Source: Pristiophorus japonicus
Taxonomy: Eukaryota
Direction of reading: 5' to 3'
NCBI RefSeq assembly: GCF_044704955.1
Contig: NW_027251778.1
Coordinates: 310,001 to 374,000, forward strand
DNA length: 64,000 nt
The position numbers and the translations under genes were made by a program. The notes under the pieces are model-generated. The model was not told the DNA's origin. It saw only the letters and a list, made by a program, of their open reading frames with translations, and did not search any database. Shown here one piece after another: positions 1 through 12,356 of this stretch. Each line of letters opens with the position of its first letter. Position 1 is the first letter of the stretch.

Positions 1-34
1 CAGGCGGTGTATTACTCCGCCGTTAGAGTTGGAG
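1..34 (+). pseudogene. TRBV: Family-B V segment B0, 3' end only (window edge); 2nd Cys changed to Ser
   Basis: Reads QAVYYSAVRVG, then CACAGCG(35-41), 23-bp spacer, CCCCAAACC(65-73). Confidence 0.7.
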
Positions 35-484
35 CACAGCGCTACAGAAAGAGGCACAACCCGGCCCCAAACCGCCAGAAACTGATTGCTTTGTGCAGAT
101 CCGGTACACGTATTTCCATCATTCCCCAGGTGAGCTCAATTTTTAGTCACACCTTCTCTCTATTTCGAGAAAGAAAGTAAGAAAGAAATGAATTAGAAAG
201 AAAGAAGGAGAGAATGAAAGAAAGAAAAAAATGAGAGAATAAATGAAAGAAAGAAGGATTGAAAGAAAGGAGGAGAGAAAGAAGGAAGGGAGAAAGTAAG
301 AAGTACGGAAAGGAAGAATGTTTTTTCTCTGCACAAAGCTCATATATGTCAACCAATCAAAACTTCATGAAACTGACGAGCACTGAATAGATTTCACGTT
401 GCAAAAGCAATCCTGTGTAGTAATTATTCTTACATCTACACCTCAGAAACAAGCATTCGCATTGCCCGGATGAGGGGAAGTTCT

Positions 485-602
485 ATTGGATACTCTTGCA
501 ATGACGTTTCTTCCTCCACCAACCATAAAACGAGGCGCAGGTAGCGAGAAGATCCCACTGAGTGTCAGCAGGACTGGGCTGGGAGGTGGAGAGTCTGTGA
601 TC
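485..602 (+). promoter_or_regulatory. Family-A V promoter (inverted CCAAT plus CRE-like TGACGT)
   Basis: ATTGG 485-489 and TGACGT 502-507, ~100 bp upstream of leader ATG; similar arrangement ahead of nearly all leaders; CRE-like decamers are established TCR Vbeta promoter elements. Confidence 0.65.
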
Positions 603-1753
603 ATGATGTGCACTGTTTGCCTATTTCCACTGTTGCTGTTTCTCGCAGGTAACTCTTTACACCTGACAGGCAATGCGGGCCTCGTTTAATCTGGTAACGT
701 ATATTCGGGTTGCTGAATGTCCGCTGCAATCTGTTAGATCACTTAAGGGCTTTATAATTGTTTAGCGCAACGAGTTGTTAGGATCAGGAGCGTCCATCCT
801 GAGAGGGCGGTGGAACACATTCAATAGTAAATCGCAAAAGCCAATTGGATCAGTAGCTGAAGGGGGAAATTCTGCAGGGCTATTGGATGAAGTTATATCG
901 GAGTCGGAATAATCGGGAGGGTGTTTTAAAGAGAAAGCAATGCAAGTTGGAGCAAATCGTCTCCTATTGTGCTGGAACAGCGCATGTTCCCACAAATCCA
1001 TTATATTGTGGTCTAATTGGTTTCTAAATATAGCTCACCTACCTCGTCGTCTCTGTTTGAGCTGAAAGTTGGACGGGCCGAGACGGCGGGACCAGGCCGA
1101 TTGACCAGGTGAGTGAGTCGAACCAGTCCGTCTCCATACACTGGTGGACGAGGCAAAGGAGCCAGAATCGGCGGCGCAGATGAGAAGGGGAGCCAGCTAA
1201 TATGTTGACCCCAACACCCCTCCCCCGCTAATCAGCAATGGGCACTGAGGCCAAGTGTAGCAATTTAGGGGCGATCGGAATGATTTCAGCTGACACTCGG
1301 CCATCCACAGATAACGAGACTGTATTTCAGCTGGGCGTACTGTTCGACTGTTTTGTGCAGCGCACGTTTTGACACAATCGTCTCTCTCTCTATCTATGCC
1401 TGTTGTACCTGTTTATATTTGACACGACCTGTTTCTCATGTTCCACTGTAGCCCCTTGCAGGAGTGCTTTGGTTTCCCAGTCGTCCAACCGGCTGTCGCT
1501 TGGAGTTGGTCTCATAGCTGAAATGCACTGTTACCAGAATGACACAAGCCTGACAACCATGTACTGGTACCGACAGCGTAGCGGAGCAGGCTTCCAGCTC
1601 ATCGCGACCTCAGTTGGCATCAGCGAACCCACGCCTGAAGATGGTTTCAAGGACAGGTTTAAAGGCACCAGACTGGATATTAAAACTTGCAGCCTCAAAA
1701 TTCTGAGCGTGGAGCTGGCTGACACGGCGGTGTATTACTGCGCTGCAAGTGAT
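603..1753 (+). CDS. TRBV: TCR V segment A1 (leader 603-648, V exon 1452-1753), intact
   Basis: Leader MMCTVCLFPLLLFLA with phase-1 GT donor; AG acceptor in frame; Cys, WYRQ and DTAVYYCAASD present; RSS 1754-1792. Confidence 0.88.
760..990 (+). mobile_element. Old CR1-type LINE 3' tail inside the leader intron (present in the A-cassette introns)
   Basis: Degenerate 'cagcgagttgttaggatc...ctgagagggcggtgg...ttcaatagtaa...aattggat...ctgcagggct' resembles the CR1 ORF2 C-terminus/3'UTR seen at 44630-44880. Confidence 0.6.
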
Positions 1754-1792
1754 CACAGTGATACAAGCATGCTTAGCCCCGCGTCAAAAACA
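1754..1792 (+). other. 23-RSS of family-A V (representative)
   Basis: CACAGTG + 23 nt + TCAAAAACA. Confidence 0.92.
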
Positions 1793-1989
1793 TACCACCC
1801 TATCACACTGAGGCGGAAACTCACTTAAGCAAAGCTGAAAAAGGCACCTGCACGTCGATGAATTCTCAACACGATTACTGGTGACTGCAATGTGTGGAAT
1901 AAGGACATCTATTCTAATTTAGAAAAATCAAAAAAGATGTCTGGATACTCGATCAAATCGATTATTTCAAACAAATTCTTGATGATAAC

Positions 1990-2425
1990 ATATGAAATAG
2001 GAGCAGGAGTAAGCCATTCGGCCCCTCGAGCCTGCTCCGACGCTCAACAAATTCATGGCTGATCTGATCATGGGCCCTGCTCCACTTGCCCGCCCACTCC
2101 CCATAACCCTTGCCTTACTTATCGATCATACAAATGTCTATCTCGACCTTAAATACATTCAGTGACCCCAACTTCCACAGCTCCCTGGGGTGGAGAATTC
2201 AATAGTTTCAATAACCTCTAAGAGAAGATATTCCTCCACATCTCCTTCTTAAATGGCCGATCCTTTTATACTGAAACTACGCCCCACAGTTCTATATTCC
2301 CACCCACGAGGGGAATCATCCTCTCGGCATCTCCCCTATCGAGCCCCCTCAGAACCTTATACTTTTCAATAAGGTCAGCTCATTCTTCTAATAGCCAATG
2401 TGTACATGCGCAACCTGCTTAACCT
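1990..2425 (-). mobile_element. CR1/HER1-like LINE 3' fragment, fused to an orphan family-B nonamer (CCCCAAACC 2428-2436)
   Basis: 'ggagcaggagt..gccattcggcccctcgagcctgctcc' tail; minus-strand RT C-terminal remnants. Confidence 0.8.
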
Positions 2426-2524
2426 ATCCCCAAACCGCCAGAAACCGATTGCTTCCTGCAGATCCGTTACACATGTTTCCATCATTCCCCAGGTGAGCTC
2501 AATTTTCAGTGTTTCTCTCTGACG

Positions 2525-3050
2525 CGAGGAAGAAAAGAAGAAAGAAAGAAAGAAGGAAAGAAAGAAGGAAAGAAATGACAGTAAAAAGGAGAAACGAAAC
2601 GACACAAAGGAAAGAAAGAAAGAAGGAGAGAAAGAAAGGAGAGACAGAAAGGAGGAGAGAAGGAAGAAAAGGAGAGAAAGCAAGAAGGGGAAAACGAAAG
2701 AAGAAGAGAAACAAGGAGCGAAAGAAAGGCGAGAATGAAAGAAGGGGAGAAATAAAGAAGGGGATAAGAAAGAAGGAGAAAACATTAAGTAGAAAAGGAG
2801 AGAAGGAAAGAGGGAGAGAAGGAAAGCAGGAGAGAAAAAAAGGAGAGAAAGAATGAAGGAGAAAAAGAAAGAAGGGGCGAAAGAAAGAAGGAGAAAAAGA
2901 AAGAATGAGAGATAGAAAGAAAGAATGAGTGAAAGAAACCAGCACAGTAAAAAAGAACGAATGGGAGAAAGAAAGAATGAGAGTAAGAAAGAGCAACAGA
3001 AAGAAAGAAGAGAAAGAAAAAGGGGTGAAAGAAACAATGGTGAGAAAGGA
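2525..3050. repeat. Purine-rich (GA/GAAA) low-complexity tract; a variable-length tract precedes each promoter
   Basis: Almost exclusively A/G; source of the spurious F/L/S-rich and K/R/E-rich ORFs. Confidence 0.9.
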
Positions 3051-3336
3051 TGTTGTTTATCTGCACAAAGCTCATATATGTCAACAGTTCAAAACATAAT
3101 CAAACAGGCGAACACTTTGAGTTGATTGCACATTGCAAATGCAGTCCTGCGTACTAATTATTCTTTCATTTACATCACAGAAGCAAGGGTTGAATTTGCC
3201 CGGTTAAGGGGAAGTTCTATTGGGCAATTTTGTAATGACGTTACTTCCTCCACCAACCACTAAACGAGGCGCAGGGGGCGATAATACCCCACTGAGATTC
3301 AGCAGGTCTGGGCTGGGAGGTGGAGAGTCTGTGATC

Positions 3337-4476
3337 ATGATGTGCACTGTTTGCCTATATACACTGTTGCTGGTTCTCTCAGGTAATTCTTTACACCTGT
3401 CGGGCAATTCGGGCCTGGTTTAATCTGGTAATTTATATCCGGGTTGCTGAATGTATGCGGCCATCAATGATCAATTAAATGTTGTATAATTGTTCGGCGC
3501 AGCGAGTTGTTAGGATCAGGAATGTCCTGCCTGAGATGTCGGTGGAACACATTCAATAGTAGCTCTTAAAACGCAATTGGATCAATATCTGAAGGGGGAT
3601 TCTGCAGGGTTGTGGGGAGAAGGTGTGTCGGATAGGAATAATCGGGAGATTGTTTCAAAGAAACTGCACTGCAAGTTCGTCCAAATGGTCTGCTACCCTG
3701 CTGTAACAATCCATGTTCCTACAAATCCATTATATTGTGGCCGAATTGGTTTCTAGATATATGTCACGCTTCTCGCTGTCTCACTTTGAGCTGAAGTTTG
3801 GACGGGACGCGGGGGCGTGTACCTGCCGATTGCCAAGGTAAGAGAGCCGAACCAGTCAGTCGCCATAGACTGGTGGATGGTGCAAATGAGCCAGAATCGG
3901 GTGCGCACAGGGTTAGGGGGTCCCGCTAACATGTTGCATCCCCCTCCCCACCCCCAGCAATGGGCAGTGAGACCGAGTGTAGTGATTTAACGTCGCTCTG
4001 GCCGTGTTCAGCTGATACTAGGCCATCCACAGATGAGGAGTCTCTATTTTAGCTCGGCCAACTGTTCGACTGTGCTTTGCATCGCGTGTTTTGGCCGAAA
4101 GTCTCTCTCTCTCTCTGTATCCCCGTTGTAGCTGTTTATTGTTGACCTGACCTGTTTCTCCTGTTACTCTGTAGCCCCTTGCAGGAGCACACTGGTTTCC
4201 CAGTGGCCGAACCGGCTGTCGCTTGGAGCGGGGCTCACCACTGAAATACACTGTTACCAGAACGACACCAGCGATAACTACATGCACTGGTACCGGCAGC
4301 TTAGCGGGGCAGGCTTCCAGCTCATAGCGACCTCTATCGGCACCTCGGTCCCCACGTTTGAAGACGGTTTCAAGGATAGGTTTGATGGCAGCAGACCCGA
4401 TCTCAAATCTTGCAGCCTAAAAATACGGAGCCTGAAACCAGCTGACATGGCGGTGTATTACTGCGCTGCAAGTGAT
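3337..4476 (+). CDS. TRBV: TCR V segment A2 (leader 3337-3382, V exon 4175-4476), intact
   Basis: Open frame to YYCAASD; RSS CACAGTG 4477 to TCAAAAACA 4515. Confidence 0.87.
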
Positions 4477-4711
4477 CACAGTGATTCAAGCAGGTTTAGC
4501 ACCGCGTCAAAAACAAACCACCCTCTCACACTGAGCAGAAAACTCACTTAGGTAAGAGGTGAAATAGTCACCTTCACATCGATGAACGCTCAAACCGTTT
4601 TCTGGTGACTGCAACGTGTTGAATAAGTACATCTATTCTAATTTAGGGAAATCAGAAACGATTTCTGGATTCCAGATCAAACGGATTATTTCAACCAAGT
4701 TATTTATGATA

Positions 4712-5440
4712 ACGTATGAAATAGGAGCAGGAGTGAGCCATTCCGACTCTAGAGCCTGCTCCGCCACTCAATAAGATGATGGCTGATCTGACCATGGGCT
4801 CAGCTCCACTCGCCCTCCCGCTCCCCTAACCCTTGCCTTCGTTATCGATCAAAAACCTGTCTATCTCCACCTTAAATATATTTAATGACCCAGCATCCAC
4901 AGGGGTGGAGAATTCAAAAGTTTCGTGAACCGCTGAGAGAAGAAATTGCTCCACATCTCCGCCTTAAATATGCGGACCCTTATTCTGAAACTATGCCCCC
5001 AGATCGAGATTCCCCCCACGAGGGGAAACATCCTCTCTGCATCTCCGTTGTCGAACCCCCTCAAAATCTTGTAAGTTTCAATAAGTTCACCTCTCATTCT
5101 TCTAAACGACAATGTGTACAGGCCCAACCTGCGAAAACCTTCCTCAGAAGGCAACCCCTTCATCTCAGGAATTAACCTCGTGAAGCTTCTCTGAACAGCC
5201 TGCAATACAAGTACATCCTTCCTTAAATACGGAGACCAAAGCTGTACGCAGTACTCCAGGAGTGGTCTCACCAAAGCTCTGATCAAAGTAGATGCAGCTT
5301 TTAAAAGGAGGATTGGATATATACTTGAAAAGAACAACAGCATGTCGGACTATGGGGAAAGTGCAGGGGGTGGGGTCGTCAGACTAAGTGCATGACACAG
5401 ACTGCGCCGGCTAGATTAACTCTTTTTGCTCTGTGTGAAT
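4712..5440 (-). mobile_element. CR1-like LINE fragment (minus) abutting a short plus-strand LINE tail
   Basis: ORF 4882-5343 contains ALVRPLLEYCVQLWSPYLRKD, a CR1 ORF2 motif. Confidence 0.85.
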
Positions 5441-5590
5441 TTGTGCAGATTTTCTGCCTCCACATTTACTTTAAATCGTTGCTTGCTGACTGCCTTGATC
5501 TACAGAATACCGTTGCTAAAAAAAAATCAGTCAAATACCTCGTTGATTGCATTTCTGATCGATCTTAATTGAGCCCCTATTCCTTTCCAG

Positions 5591-5896
5591 GTAATGCGCT
5601 GTCAGGCCCGCCAGCCTAGTGACCCGCTACCATTGTTGCAGTACAGCAAGGCAGCGCAGAACTGAGTTGTTTCCGCAAAGGATTTGCCCGTCAGAGCCTG
5701 CTTTGGTATAAATTCGCCGGAGAGGGGCCCGTGTTAATTGGCCATTTCATCTGGTCGTCGCAACCCCAAATGGCAGAGGGATTAAAGGCGAGATTTCACA
5801 TGGCGCGAGGCGAAACTGAAAGTAATGCCAGTCTCCGGATTAGCGGCTTGCGAGCGAGCGACCACGCGGTGTATTACTGCGCCGATAACCCTGGAG
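5591..5896 (+). pseudogene. TRBV: Family-B V B1, pseudogene
   Basis: TAG TGA in FR1; heptamer mutated to CATAGCC. Confidence 0.85.
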
Positions 5897-6463
5897 CATA
5901 GCCCGACAGGCAGAAGCAGAACCCGATCCCGAACCACAAGGAACTGTTTGCTTTGTGCAGATCCGTTACACGTATTGACATCAGTCCCCAGGTGAGCTCC
6001 ATTTTCAGTCTCTCCTTCTCTCTGTCTCGAGAAAGAAAGGAAGAAAGAAATGAATAAGAATGAAAGAAGGAGAGAATGAAAGAAAGAAAAAAATGAGAGA
6101 AGAAATGAAAGAAAGAAGGAGAGAAAGAAAGGAGGAGAGAAAGAAGGAATGGAGAAAGTAAGAAGGAGGGAAAGGAAGAATGCTTTGTATCTGTACAAAG
6201 CTCATATATGTTAACCGTTCAAAACTTAATGAAACTGGCGAGCACTGAATAGATTGCACACTGCAAAAGCAATCCTGTATTCTAATTATTCTGACATCTA
6301 CACCTCAGAAAAAAGCATTGGCATTGCCCGGATGAGGGGAAGTTATATTGGATACTCTTGCAATGACGTTACTTCCTCCACCAATCACAAAACGAGGTGC
6401 AGGGGGTGATAAGATCCCATTGAGTATCAGAGGTTTGGGCTGGGCGGTGGGGAGTCTGTAATC

Positions 6464-6509
6464 ATGATGTGCACTGTTTGCCTATATACACTGTTGCTGC
6501 TTCTCGCAG
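6464..6509 (+). pseudogene. Orphan leader exon with promoter (its own V exon deleted)
   Basis: MMCTVCLYTLLLLLA G|GT; intron breaks at ~6710 into post-B flank sequence. Confidence 0.8.
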
Positions 6510-7186
6510 GTAACTCTTTACACCTGTCGGCCAATTCGGGCACGGTATAATCTGGTAACTTATGTTCCAGATGCTGAATGTACGCTGCAATCAGTTTGAT
6601 CGCTTAAATGCTTTATAATTGTTTAGCGCTGTGAATTGTTAGTATCAGGAGTGCCCAGCCTGAGAGGGCCGTGAAACACATTCAATCGTAACTGGAAAAA
6701 GACAATTGGAGCAATAGCTCAATTTTCAGTCTCTCCTTCTCTCTGTCTCGGGAAAGAAAGGGAATAAAGAAATGAATAAGAAAGAAAGAAAGAGAGAATG
6801 AAAGAAAAGAAAAAATGAGAGAAGAAATGAAAGAAAGAAGGAGAGAAAGGACGGAGGAGAGAAAGAAGGAAGGTAGAAAGTAAGAAGTCGGGAAAGGAAG
6901 AATATTTTGTATCGGCACAAAGCTCATATATGTCAACCGTTCAAAACTTAATGAGGCTGGTGAGCACTGAATATATTGCACATTGCAAAAGCAGTCCTGT
7001 ATACTAATTATTCTTACATCTACACCTCAGAAACAAGCATTCGCATTGCCCAGATGTGGGGAAGTTCTATTGGATTCTCTTGCAATGACGTTACTTCCTC
7101 CACCAACCACAAAACCAGGCGCAAGGGGCGATAAGTTCCCATTGAGTGTCAGCAGGGCTGGGCTGGGCGGTGGGGAGTCTGTGATC

Positions 7187-8301
7187 ATGATATGCCCTGT
7201 TTGCCTATATACACTGTTGCTGCTTCTCGCAGGTAAGTCTTTTTACCTGTCGGGCAATTCGGGCCCGGTTTAATCTGGTAACTTATATTCGGGTTGCTGA
7301 ATGTACGCTGCAATCAGTTGGATCACTTAAATGTTTTCTAATTGTTTAGCGCAGCGAGTTGTTAGGATCAGAAGTCTCCTGCCTGAGAGGGCGGTGAAAG
7401 TCAATCAAAAATAACTCGCAAAAGGCAATTGGATCAATAGCTGAAGGGCGAAATTCTGCAGGTCTGTGGGGAGAAGGTATGTCGGAGTTGGAATAATCGG
7501 GAGGGTGTTTCAAAGAGACAGCACAGCAAGATGGACCAAATGGTTTCCTACACTGCTGTAACACCCCATGTTCCTAGACATCCATTATATTGTGGTCTAA
7601 TTGGTTTCGAAATATATGTCATGTGCCTCGTTGCCTCCGTTTGATGTGAAAGCTGAACAGACCGTGGTGGCGAACCAATCCGTCTCCATAGACTGGTGCA
7701 CGGTGCAAAGGAACCAGAATCGGGGGCGCACGGGGTGAGGGCGACCGACTAACAGGTTGCATCCCCCACCCCCCACTCCCAGCAGTGGGCACTGAGAACA
7801 AGTGCAGCAAATTTGGCGCCTCTCTGGTCGTGTTCAGCTGATACTTGGCCATTCACAGATGTCGAGTCAGTATTTTAGCCTGGCGGATTGTTCTGCTGTG
7901 GTGTGCATCGCACGTTTTGGCAGAATGTCTCTCTCTATCTCTCTCTCCATCCCCGTTGTAGCTGTTTATATTTAACCCGATCTGTTTCTCCTGTTCCTCT
8001 GTAGCCCCTTGCAGGAGCGCTCTGTTTTCCCAGTGGCCGAACCGCCTGTTGCTTGGAGCTGGGCTCACCGCTGAAATGCACTGTTACCAGAACAACTCCA
8101 GCTTTTGCTACATGTACTGGTACCCGCAGCGTAGCAGGGCAGCCTTCCAGCTCATAGCGACCTCTGTCGGCGTATCGGTCCCCACGTTTGAAGACGGTTT
8201 CAAGGACAGGTTTGATCGCACCAGACCCGATCTTAAATCGTTCAGCCTAAAAATGCAGAGCTGAAAGCGGCTGACACCGCGGTGTATTACTTCGCTGCCA
8301 G
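7187..8301 (+). pseudogene. TRBV: Family-A V A3, pseudogene (leader 7187-7232, exon from 8005)
   Basis: 1-nt deletion gives TGA in FR3; YYF instead of YYC; heptamer and spacer deleted. Confidence 0.87.
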
Positions 8302-9150
8302 CGCCAAAAACACACCTACTCGAGCACTGAGTCAAAAACTCACGAAGCAGGACTCAAATAGTCACCTGCATTTCGCTCAAACTTACACCGTTTTCTGCTA
8401 ATGCAACGTGTAAATAAGGACATCTATTCTAAATTAGAAACATCGAAAACGATTTGTGTATTCCAGATCAAACGGATTATTATGACCAACTTATTTCTGA
8501 GAACATAAGAAATAGGAGCAGGAGTCGGCCATATGGGCCTACGAGCCTGCTCCGCCATTCAATAAGATCATGGCTGATCTGATCATGGACTCAGCTCCCA
8601 TCATCATAGGCCGTCCCTCGGAATCGAGGAAGACTTGCTCCAACTCTTAAAATAAGTTATATACTGACTGCTTTGTGCAGATCCGTTGCACATATTTCCA
8701 TCATTCCCCAGATGCGCTCAATACTCAGTGATTCTTTCTCTCTGTCTCAAGAAAGAAAGAAAGGAAGAATTGAATAAGAAAGAAAGAAGGGGAGAAAAGA
8801 AGACAGAAACATAGAGAGAAGTAAAGAAATAAGGCGAGAAGGAAAGCAATAAAGAAAAAAAGAATATCGTGTATCTGCACAAAGCTCATATATATCAACA
8901 GTACAAAACTAAATGAAACTCGCGAAGACTTTCAATAGATTGCACATTGCAAAGGCAGTCCTGTGTATCAATTATTCTGACATCTACACCTCAGAAACTA
9001 GCATCTGCATTGCCTGCATGAAGGGAAGTTCTCTTGGATACAGTTGCATTGACGTTTCTTCCTCCACCAACCACAAAACGAGGCGCAGGAAACGAAAATA
9101 TCCCATTCAGTATCAGCAGCGCTGGGCTGGGAGTTGCAAAGTCTGTGATC

Positions 9151-10290
9151 ATGATGTGCAGTGTATCCCTATATACACTGTTGCTGGTTCTCGCAGGTAA
9201 CTCTTAACACCAGTCGGGCAATTCGGGCCCGGTTTAATCTGGTAAATTATAGTCGGGTTGCTGAATGTACGCTGCAATCAGTTAGCTCACTTAAAGACTT
9301 TATAATTGTTTAGCGAAGCAAGTTGTTAAGATCAGGAGTGTCCTGCCTGAGAGGGTAGTGAAACACATTCGATAGTAACTCGTAAAAGGCAATTGGATCA
9401 ATAGCTGAAGGCGGAAATTCTGCAGGGCTCCTGGGAGAAGATATGTCGGAGTTGGAATAATCGGAAGGTTGTTTCAAAGAGACAGCACTGCAAGATGGAC
9501 CAAATGGTCTCCTACTCTTCTGTAGCACCCCATTTTCCGACAAATACATTATATTGTGGCCTAATTGGTTTCTAAATAAATGTATTGTGCGTTATCAGCT
9601 CCCTTTGAGCTGAAGGTTGGACGGGCCGAGGCAGCGAGTCCCGGTCGATTGCCCAGGTGAGAGAGCTGAACTCGTCCGTCTCCATCGACTGGTGGGCGGT
9701 GCAAAGGAGCCAGAATCTGCGGGGCAGCGGGTGAGGGGAGCCGGCTAACATATTGCCTACAACCCCACCCAGCAATGGTCACTGAGGCCAAGTGGAGCGA
9801 TTTAGCGCCGCTCCGGTCGTGACCAGCTGGTACTAGGCTATCCACAGATGAAGAGTCTGTATTTTAGCTGGTCGTACTGTTCGACTGTGTTGTGCATCGC
9901 GCGTTTTGGTAGAAAGTGTCTCTCTCTCTATATATCCCCGTTGTAGCTGTTTATAGTTGACCCGACCTGTTTCTCATGTTCCTTTATAGCCCCTTGCAGG
10001 AGCGCTGTGCTTTCCCAGTGGCCGAACCGGCTGTCGCTTGGAATGGGGCTCACCGCTGAAATGCACTGTTACCAGAACAACACAAGCCTATCCACCATGT
10101 ACTGGTACCGGCAGCATAGCTGGTCAGGTTGCAGCTCATAGCGACTTCGATCACCGCCAACGTCCACACGCCTGAAGACGGTTTCAAGGAGAGGTTTAAA
10201 GGCACCAGAACCGATCTTAAATCTTGCAGCCTGAAAATACTGAGCGTAAAGCCGGATGACACGGCGGTGTATTACTGCGCTGCCAGTGAT
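9151..10290 (+). pseudogene. TRBV: Family-A V A4, frameshifted (leader 9151-9196, exon 9990-10290)
   Basis: 301-nt exon with a 1-nt deletion in FR2 leading to TAG; RSS at 10291 intact. Confidence 0.85.
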
Positions 10291-10523
10291 CACAGTGATT
10301 CAAGCAGGTTTAGCCCTGTATCAAAAACACATCACCCTCTCACACTGAGCCGAAAACTCACTTAAGCAGCGCTCAAAAAGTCACCTGCACATCGATGAAT
10401 GCGCACCACGTTTTCTGGTGACTGCAACGTGTTGAATGAGGACATCGATTCTAATTTAGAATAATCAAAAACGATTTCTGGATTCCAGATCAAAAGGATT
10501 ATTTCAACCAAATTATTTATGAG

Positions 10524-11270
10524 AGCATAAGAAATACGAGCTGGAATGGGCCATTCGGCCCCTCGATCCTGATGCACCATTCAATGAGATCATGGCTGAT
10601 CTGATCATGGAATCAGCTCCTCTTCACCACCCGCTCGCACTGACCCTTGCCTCCATGATCGCTCAAACTCTGTCCATCTGCAGCTTAAATATATTCAGTG
10701 AACCAGCCTCCACAGGTCTCTGCGGTGGAGAGTTCAAAAGTTTCACGAACCTCTGAGACAAGAAATTCGTCCACATCTCCATCTTAAATGGGCGATCCCA
10801 TTATTCTGAGACTATGCTCCCTCGTTCTAGATTCCTCAACGAGGGGAAATATTCATACTGCATCTACCTTGTCGAGCCCCCTGAAAAACATGTATGTTTC
10901 AATAAGTTCACCTCTCATTCTTCTAAACGCCTATAGGTAGAGGCCCAAACATCTCAACATTTCTCAAAAGACAACCCCTTCAGCTCAGGAATAGAACGAG
11001 TGCACCTTCTCTGAACAGGCTCCAATGCAAATATATCCTTTCATAAATACGGAGATCAATACTGTGGGCAGTACAGTAGGTGTGGGCTCACCAACGCCCT
11101 TTTGAAAGCAGATTCAGCTTTTAAAAGGATGAATGGATATATACTTGAAAAGAACAACAATATGTCGGGCTATGGGGAAAGAGCAGGGGTTGGGGCAGTG
11201 AGGTGAGTTGCATGATGCAGACTGCACGGGCTAGATTGGCAACTTCTGCGCTCTATGAATTTGTTCAGAT
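10524..11270 (-). mobile_element. CR1-like LINE fragment plus short plus-strand tail
   Basis: Homologous to 4712-5440. Confidence 0.78.
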
Positions 11271-11413
11271 TTTCTGGCTCCTATGTTTATAATTAAATCG
11301 TTGCATGCTGTCTGTCTTGATCGACAGAATAACGTGGCTAAAAAAAACTTCAATCAAATGCCTCGTTGATTGCGTCTCTGATCGATTTTTATTGAGCCCC
11401 TATTCCTTTCCAG

Positions 11414-11709
11414 GTAATGTGCTGTCAGACCCGCTAGCCCAGTGGCCCGCTACCGGTGTTGCAGTACAGCAAGGCAGCGCGGAACTGACTTGTTTTCGCA
11501 ATGGATTCGCCCGCTTTCGTATAAATTCGCCGGAGAAGGGCTAGTGTTAATTGGCTATTTCATCTGGTCGTCGCAACCCCAAATGTCAGAGGGACTAAAG
11601 GCGAGATTTCACATGGCGCGAAGCGAGAGTGAAAGGAAAGCCATTCTCTGGATTAGCGGCTTGAGAGCGAGCGACCAGGCGGTGTATTACTGAGCCGATA
11701 GTGTTGGAG
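11414..11709 (+). pseudogene. TRBV: Family-B V B2, pseudogene
   Basis: 10-nt deletion before the Trp motif; TAC TGA at the 2nd Cys; RSS 11710-11748. Confidence 0.87.
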
Positions 11710-12356
11710 CACAGCGCTACAGACAGAGGCACAACCCGGCCCCAAACCGCCAGCAACTGATTGCTTTGTGCAGATCCGTTTCACGTATTTCCATCATTCC
11801 CCAGGTGAGTTCAATTTTCAGTCTTTCTCTCTGTCTCGAGAAAGAAAGGCAGAAAGAAAAAAAGAAGAAAGAAAGAAGGAGAGAAAGACAGACAGTAAAA
11901 AGGAGAAACATAACGACAGAAACCAGAGAAAGAAAGAAGGAACGAAAGAAAAACGAATAGAATTAAAGAAGTACAGAAAGAAAGAATGAGAGATAGAAAG
12001 AAAGAAAGAGTGAAAAAAGAAGCACATTAAGAAAGAAAGAATAGTTGAAAGAAAGACAGGTGAGAAAGGATGTTATGTATCTGCATAAAGCTCATATATG
12101 TCAACCGTTCAAAACATAATCAAACTGACGAACACTTTGAACAGATTGCTCATGGCAAAAGCAGTCCTGCGCACTAATTATTCTGACATTTACATCACAG
12201 AAGCAAGGATTGACTTTGCCCAGTGAAAGGAACGTTCTATTGGGCAATCTTGCAATGACGTTACTTCCTCCACCAACCAGAAAACGAGGTGCAAGAAGCG
12301 ATAAGATTCCATTGAGTGCTAGCAGGGTTGGACTGGGAGGTGGGGAGTCTGCGATC

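Larger units (their letters stand above)
5428..7314. repeat. Segment duplicated at 51128-53014 (offset 45,700)
   Basis: Near-identical sequence; ORFs 5782/51482 and 6983/52683 translate identically. Confidence 0.9.

Noticed and set aside
1686-1692. Extra FR3 cysteine (KSCSL/KTCSL) in family A
   Set aside because: Cys at this strand-E position also occurs in other TCR Vbeta families; it is variable here (Y, D, F) and B has no partner Cys
1403-1828. ORF-track start codons and read-through past the RSS for V exons
   Set aside because: True structure is spliced leader plus V ending at the heptamer; the extensions are intron or RSS sequence
2375-3125. Long F/L/S-rich and K/R/E-rich ORFs (also at 14943, 60230 and others)
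   Set aside because: Translations of purine-rich low-complexity tracts, not genes
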